Of a DNA stretch of 8,963 nucleotides, positions 5,833 to 8,963 are shown piece after piece. The notes beneath the pieces are model-generated. The model searched no databases. It was not told the origin of the DNA and saw nothing but the letters and a program-made list of their open reading frames with translations. Both the position numbers and the translations under genes were made by a program. Location of the stretch: NCBI GenBank assembly GCA_048882505.1, contig JBHLRO010000048.1, forward strand, positions 1 through 8,963, in the 5' to 3' direction. How positions within the stretch are numbered: the first letter of the stretch is position 1; every line of letters begins with the position of its first letter. Source of the stretch: Candidatus Thorarchaeota archaeon (GTDB lineage: Archaea; Asgardarchaeota; Heimdallarchaeia; Hodarchaeales; Hodarchaeaceae).

Positions 5833-7435
5833 TTAGTAGTATTGAAATTAACCCGAGACTAAGTAAAGTGGGCATTAATGAAATTGAACTAGCCTGAGTT
5901 AAGATTAATACTGGAAATGGATATAGAACCATATAACTTTTCCCTGCCCTAACTCCACTGTCCCCATTCCATTTTGCACCGATAATAAAGTCATTGAATC
6001 CATCTTTATTTACATCGCCAGTTCCAGAAACAGAACTACCAAACAGATCATTCTGTGATTCTCCTGTAAAGGTAGCATTAGCTTCAGAAATGGGTGTATC
6101 CATCTCCCATTGTTCAGTAGTTTGGCCAAGAAAAAGGTAAGCTCGACCAGCATCGACTCCACCCTTGTCATTTCGATTTGCTGTAATAATGAAATCATCT
6201 AGGTTATCCCCGTTTGTATCACCCAATCCCGCTCCTGACCATCCTGCTTGATCTCCTGCCGCTTCTCCGATAAATGAGGCATCCGCTGCTGATAAGCTCA
6301 TATCCATGTTCCATTCCGTCGTCTCACGCCCAAGAAAGAGATAAATCTGACCAGCAGTATCCCCTCCTTCATCGTTACCAATTGCGCCAATGATAAAGTC
6401 ATCATACCCATCATTATTTACGTCCCCAGCACCAGAAACACTATTCCCTAATTCATCCCGTGCGTTTTCTCCGATAAATGATGCATCAACTCCTGAAAGA
6501 TCCACATCCAAATGCCATTCGCCCGTTGCACGCCCAAAAATAAGATAAGCTTGTCCAGCAAAAGACCCTCCTTCATCGTTACCCCCTGCCCCAATCATAA
6601 TATCATCATAATCATCATTATTGATATCCCCTACAATCTCTATATTAATTCCTACCTCATCATCTGGTTCTTCTCCGATAAATGAGGCATCTGCCGCTGA
6701 TAAGCTCATATCCATGCTCCAATCCGTCGTCTCACGCCCAAGAAAGAGATAAACCTGACCAGCATTATCTCCCCCTTCATCGTTACCAGGTGCGCCAATA
6801 ACAATGTCATCATACCCATCATTATTTACGTCCCCAGCACCAGAAATACCTGTTAATGTATCTCCAGTAGTTGCAATAAATGAGGCATCCGCCGCTGATA
6901 AGCTCATATCCATGCTCCATTCCGTCGTCTCACGCCCAAGAAAGAGATAAATCTGACCAGCATTATCCCCTCCTTCATCATTTAATGGTGCGCTAATCGC
7001 TAAATCATCATAATCGTCATTATTAACATTTCCTATCCCAGAGACTTCAAATCCAGACCAATCACCGCTTGCTTCACCAATTAACGAAGCATCTGCATCC
7101 GCTAAAGACGGATCAGCATTCCATAATTCTGTATCTCGACCGAATACAAGATATGTCTGCCCCGTATTTGCTCCTCCTTCATCATTAAATAGCGCACTAA
7201 TCGCAAAATCATCAAATCCATCATTATTAACATCTCCTGTGATAGTCACATCCGATCCTGACCAATCTTCCTCAAATTCTCCAGTATATTCGACAACTCT
7301 GACATCATCGTGAATTGCATAGGCTCGAACACTGCCATTGGAAACAGATAGAGAATTTTGAAATTGTAAAATAGTCGTTTGAAAGAAGCTTAAAAATAGA
7401 AGAATAATGATAAACAAAAATCTAGAGGTTCTCAT
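5807..7435 (-). CDS. Cell-surface FG-GAP (integrin-alpha-like) seven-bladed beta-propeller protein
   Basis: N-terminal signal peptide (MRTSRFLFIIILLFLSFF). Seven repeats of G(D/N)xNxDxxxD...A...G..Y, with DxNxDGxDD-type Ca-binding loops and ~68-aa period. C-terminal TM plus basic tail (LMPTLLSLGLISILLIFKRTRYQ). GGTG SD at 7443-7446. Confidence 0.9.
   Translation of the reverse strand: MRTSRFLFIIILLFLSFFQTTILQFQNSLSVSNGSVRAYAIHDDVRVVEYTGEFEEDWSGSDVTITGDVNNDGFDDFAISALFNDEGGANTGQTYLVFGRDTELWNADPSLADADASLIGEASGDWSGFEVSGIGNVNNDDYDDLAISAPLNDEGGDNAGQIYLFLGRETTEWSMDMSLSAADASFIATTGDTLTGISGAGDVNNDGYDDIVIGAPGNDEGGDNAGQVYLFLGRETTDWSMDMSLSAADASFIGEEPDDEVGINIEIVGDINNDDYDDIMIGAGGNDEGGSFAGQAYLIFGRATGEWHLDVDLSGVDASFIGENARDELGNSVSGAGDVNNDGYDDFIIGAIGNDEGGDTAGQIYLFLGRETTEWNMDMSLSAADASFIGEAAGDQAGWSGAGLGDTNGDNLDDFIITANRNDKGGVDAGRAYLFLGQTTEQWEMDTPISEANATFTGESQNDLFGSSVSGTGDVNKDGFNDFIIGAKWNGDSGVRAGKSYMVLYPFPVLILTQASSISLMPTLLSLGLISILLIFKRTRYQ
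6263..6979. repeat. Near-identical intragenic blade repeats inside the FG-GAP gene
   Basis: 6263-6438 vs 6671-6846: 163/176 identical. 6270-6373 vs 6876-6979: 101/104 identical (manual counts). Blade period 204 nt, with one interval of 198 nt. Confidence 0.9.
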
Positions 7436-7473
7436 TTTTTAACACCTTTTGATTAAGAAAATAAAACAATAAA

Positions 7474-7647
7474 TCAGATATTTTTTATTCTCAAAATTAT
7501 TATTGGAAAAAATACTATAGCTAATATGGGAACAATGACTACTTTGATTATCAAGAATCCGGCGAAGGTAGGACTTATCAAATTAGTGATAAAAACTGGG
7601 ACAAACACCGCAAGAAGATTAATTAGAGAATAGATTACGAATAATGT
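7474..7647 (-). pseudogene. Possible remnant of a small membrane-protein gene
   Basis: 58 codons including the TGA, no start: TLFVIYSLINLLAVFVPVFITNLISPTFAGFLIIKVVIVPILAIVFFPIIILRIKNI*. Preceded by an in-frame TAG; ends 38 nt before the FG-GAP start on the same strand. Confidence 0.25.
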
Positions 7648-7733
7648 CTAAAAAGGAAATAGGGTCACTTGTTCACTAAAATTTCAAGAAAAATGGTGAT
7701 TTTATTAACGGATACTCAAAAATGATTGACTAC

Positions 7734-7828
7734 AGTCACCAGACCGCTCCTCCATTTCTATGCTCCTTCAATTGTTCTTCTTTCTCCTAATCCTATCTGA
7801 CGATCGGACCGCTCGTGTCTGAAGACAG
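7734..7828 (+). repeat. Dispersed repeat, copy F (complete)
   Basis: Left arm AGTCACCAGACCGCTCC (7734-7750); right core TCCTAATCCTATCTGACGATCGGACCGCTCGTGTC (7785-7819). Confidence 0.9.
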
Positions 7829-7988
7829 TAACCGTCTTCTTTCCCAATTGAGTTCGCAAGAGGCTTAACCAAATTTACTTTCTTGTTTTAACTCGTTTTG
7901 GACAGGCAAATTAAGAACGTAATTTTCTTAAGGAAATATACATTCTTTCTCTGTTAAATAACGATGAACCTATCAATGAAGTGATTTG

Positions 7989-8873
7989 ATGCCGTTTAGA
8001 ATCGGACTAACCATTCAAGGACTTGGGGAGCTCACCCCCTCAACTCTCATCAAACTCGGAAATGTTATAGCGCTGGAGCACATAGAATTCGATGTCTCAG
8101 TTTTTACTGATTTAGAAGACGTTAAACAAGTAATTAAAGCCAAACAAACTGCTATTCATGCTCCTTATTCACCCGATTATAAATATGATCTCTCATTTCC
8201 ATCTGAAGACGCTGACCAACTAGTAACCGCTATTCTCAAAGCGAAAGCAGATTTAAATATCATTGGAGTCGTGGTTCATTCCCCCAAAGAGACTAATGAC
8301 TTATTCTATGAACGCGTGTCACAACTCCCCTTTCCATTACTTGAAAACATCCCCAATCAATCGTGGGATACTTTCATGGCATTTCGAGATAAGGTTAGAG
8401 AGAATTCCACTAAGAATTTTGGATATTGTTTTGATATCCCTCATTCTTTTATTACCAATGGCGATGCCTTCTTAGACGTCCCACCCGAAGTGATGACATC
8501 CCTAAAAAGGAAATCAGGGTACATCCATATTTCAGGCGGGAAGAGACATCACGACCAGCATTTTCCCTTAGTTACTGAAGGGGATATCCCATTTCACGAG
8601 ATTAAATCCTTTTTGAAAGATATCCAGTTTTCGGGGACTGTTACCATGGAACTCGTTCCCCGCTCGCTGGAGGATGTTTCTAAAATGCTGAAATCTTACA
8701 GCATTATGTTGAATGTGGCAGGAAAACGATTTCAGAGTTTGGTAGCTAGATTAAAAGCGAAAATCGTCATGTATAGGATGAGTAAATATAAAGACCAAAT
8801 TAATTCCGAATTGAAAGGCCTAAAAACCCATTTTGATGATTATATCGAATCTCAACGCACAGAAGAATTCTAG
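7989..8873 (+). CDS. Xylose-isomerase-like TIM barrel (AP endonuclease 2 / sugar phosphate isomerase-epimerase family)
   Basis: Metal-ligand motifs in the expected order: AIHAPY, VVHSP, LLENIP, CFDIPH, YIHISG, DQHFPL, TMEL. ATG 7989 is preceded by AAGTGAT. Confidence 0.85.
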   Translation: MPFRIGLTIQGLGELTPSTLIKLGNVIALEHIEFDVSVFTDLEDVKQVIKAKQTAIHAPYSPDYKYDLSFPSEDADQLVTAILKAKADLNIIGVVVHSPKETNDLFYERVSQLPFPLLENIPNQSWDTFMAFRDKVRENSTKNFGYCFDIPHSFITNGDAFLDVPPEVMTSLKRKSGYIHISGGKRHHDQHFPLVTEGDIPFHEIKSFLKDIQFSGTVTMELVPRSLEDVSKMLKSYSIMLNVAGKRFQSLVARLKAKIVMYRMSKYKDQINSELKGLKTHFDDYIESQRTEEF

Positions 8874-8890
8874 CAGAGAAAAAATTCAAC

Positions 8891-8963
8891 AGACACCAAA
8901 TCGACCCGTTCCCCCTCTACCTCTTCGATTGCATTTGAATTGTCTCCTAACACTATCTGACGA
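8891..8963 (+). repeat. Dispersed repeat, copy G (cut by the window end)
   Basis: Left arm AGACACCAAATCGACCCGTT (8891-8910); right core TCCTAACACTATCTGACGA (8945-8963). Begins 17 nt after the TIM-barrel stop. Confidence 0.9.

Noticed and set aside
6010-6198. ORF 6010..6198 (-)
   Set aside because: Alternate frame inside the FG-GAP gene.
8263-8475. ORF 8263..8475 (+)
   Set aside because: Alternate frame inside the TIM-barrel gene.
583-8963. Repeat cores as a CRISPR array
   Set aside because: Copies are 0.4-2.4 kb apart with whole genes between them, there are no regular 30-45 nt spacers, and no cas genes are present.

Overview
AT-rich accessory region, probably from an Asgard archaeon (Heimdallarchaeia-like). 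That host call is inferred from Rab-like small GTPase fragments, a double-zinc-ribbon membrane protein, an FG-GAP surface protein with a C-terminal TM anchor, GGTG/GTGA-type Shine-Dalgarno sites and a TATA promoter. Genes: a partial membrane protein, a DZR membrane protein, a small hypothetical, a stand-alone HEPN (RxxxxH) protein, an HhH-GPD glycosylase-like protein, a small membrane protein, two oppositely oriented halves of a degenerate small GTPase, an AbrB-type vapBC pair, a start-less ORF, a 7-blade FG-GAP propeller and an AP-endonuclease-2/xylose-isomerase-like TIM barrel. The main signal is a dispersed ~80-120 nt bipartite repeat with left arm AGACAYCARAYSG, a pyrimidine-rich middle and right core TCCTAAYMCTATCTGACGATYGG. 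Seven right cores sit in the intergenic gaps and divide the window into cassette-like modules. Six are on +. The seventh is split into an orphan left arm (+, 3092-3108) and an inverted right part (-, 3893-3970). Flipping 3109-3970 rebuilds a complete + copy and makes the two GTPase halves co-oriented. No integrase or transposase is visible in the window.
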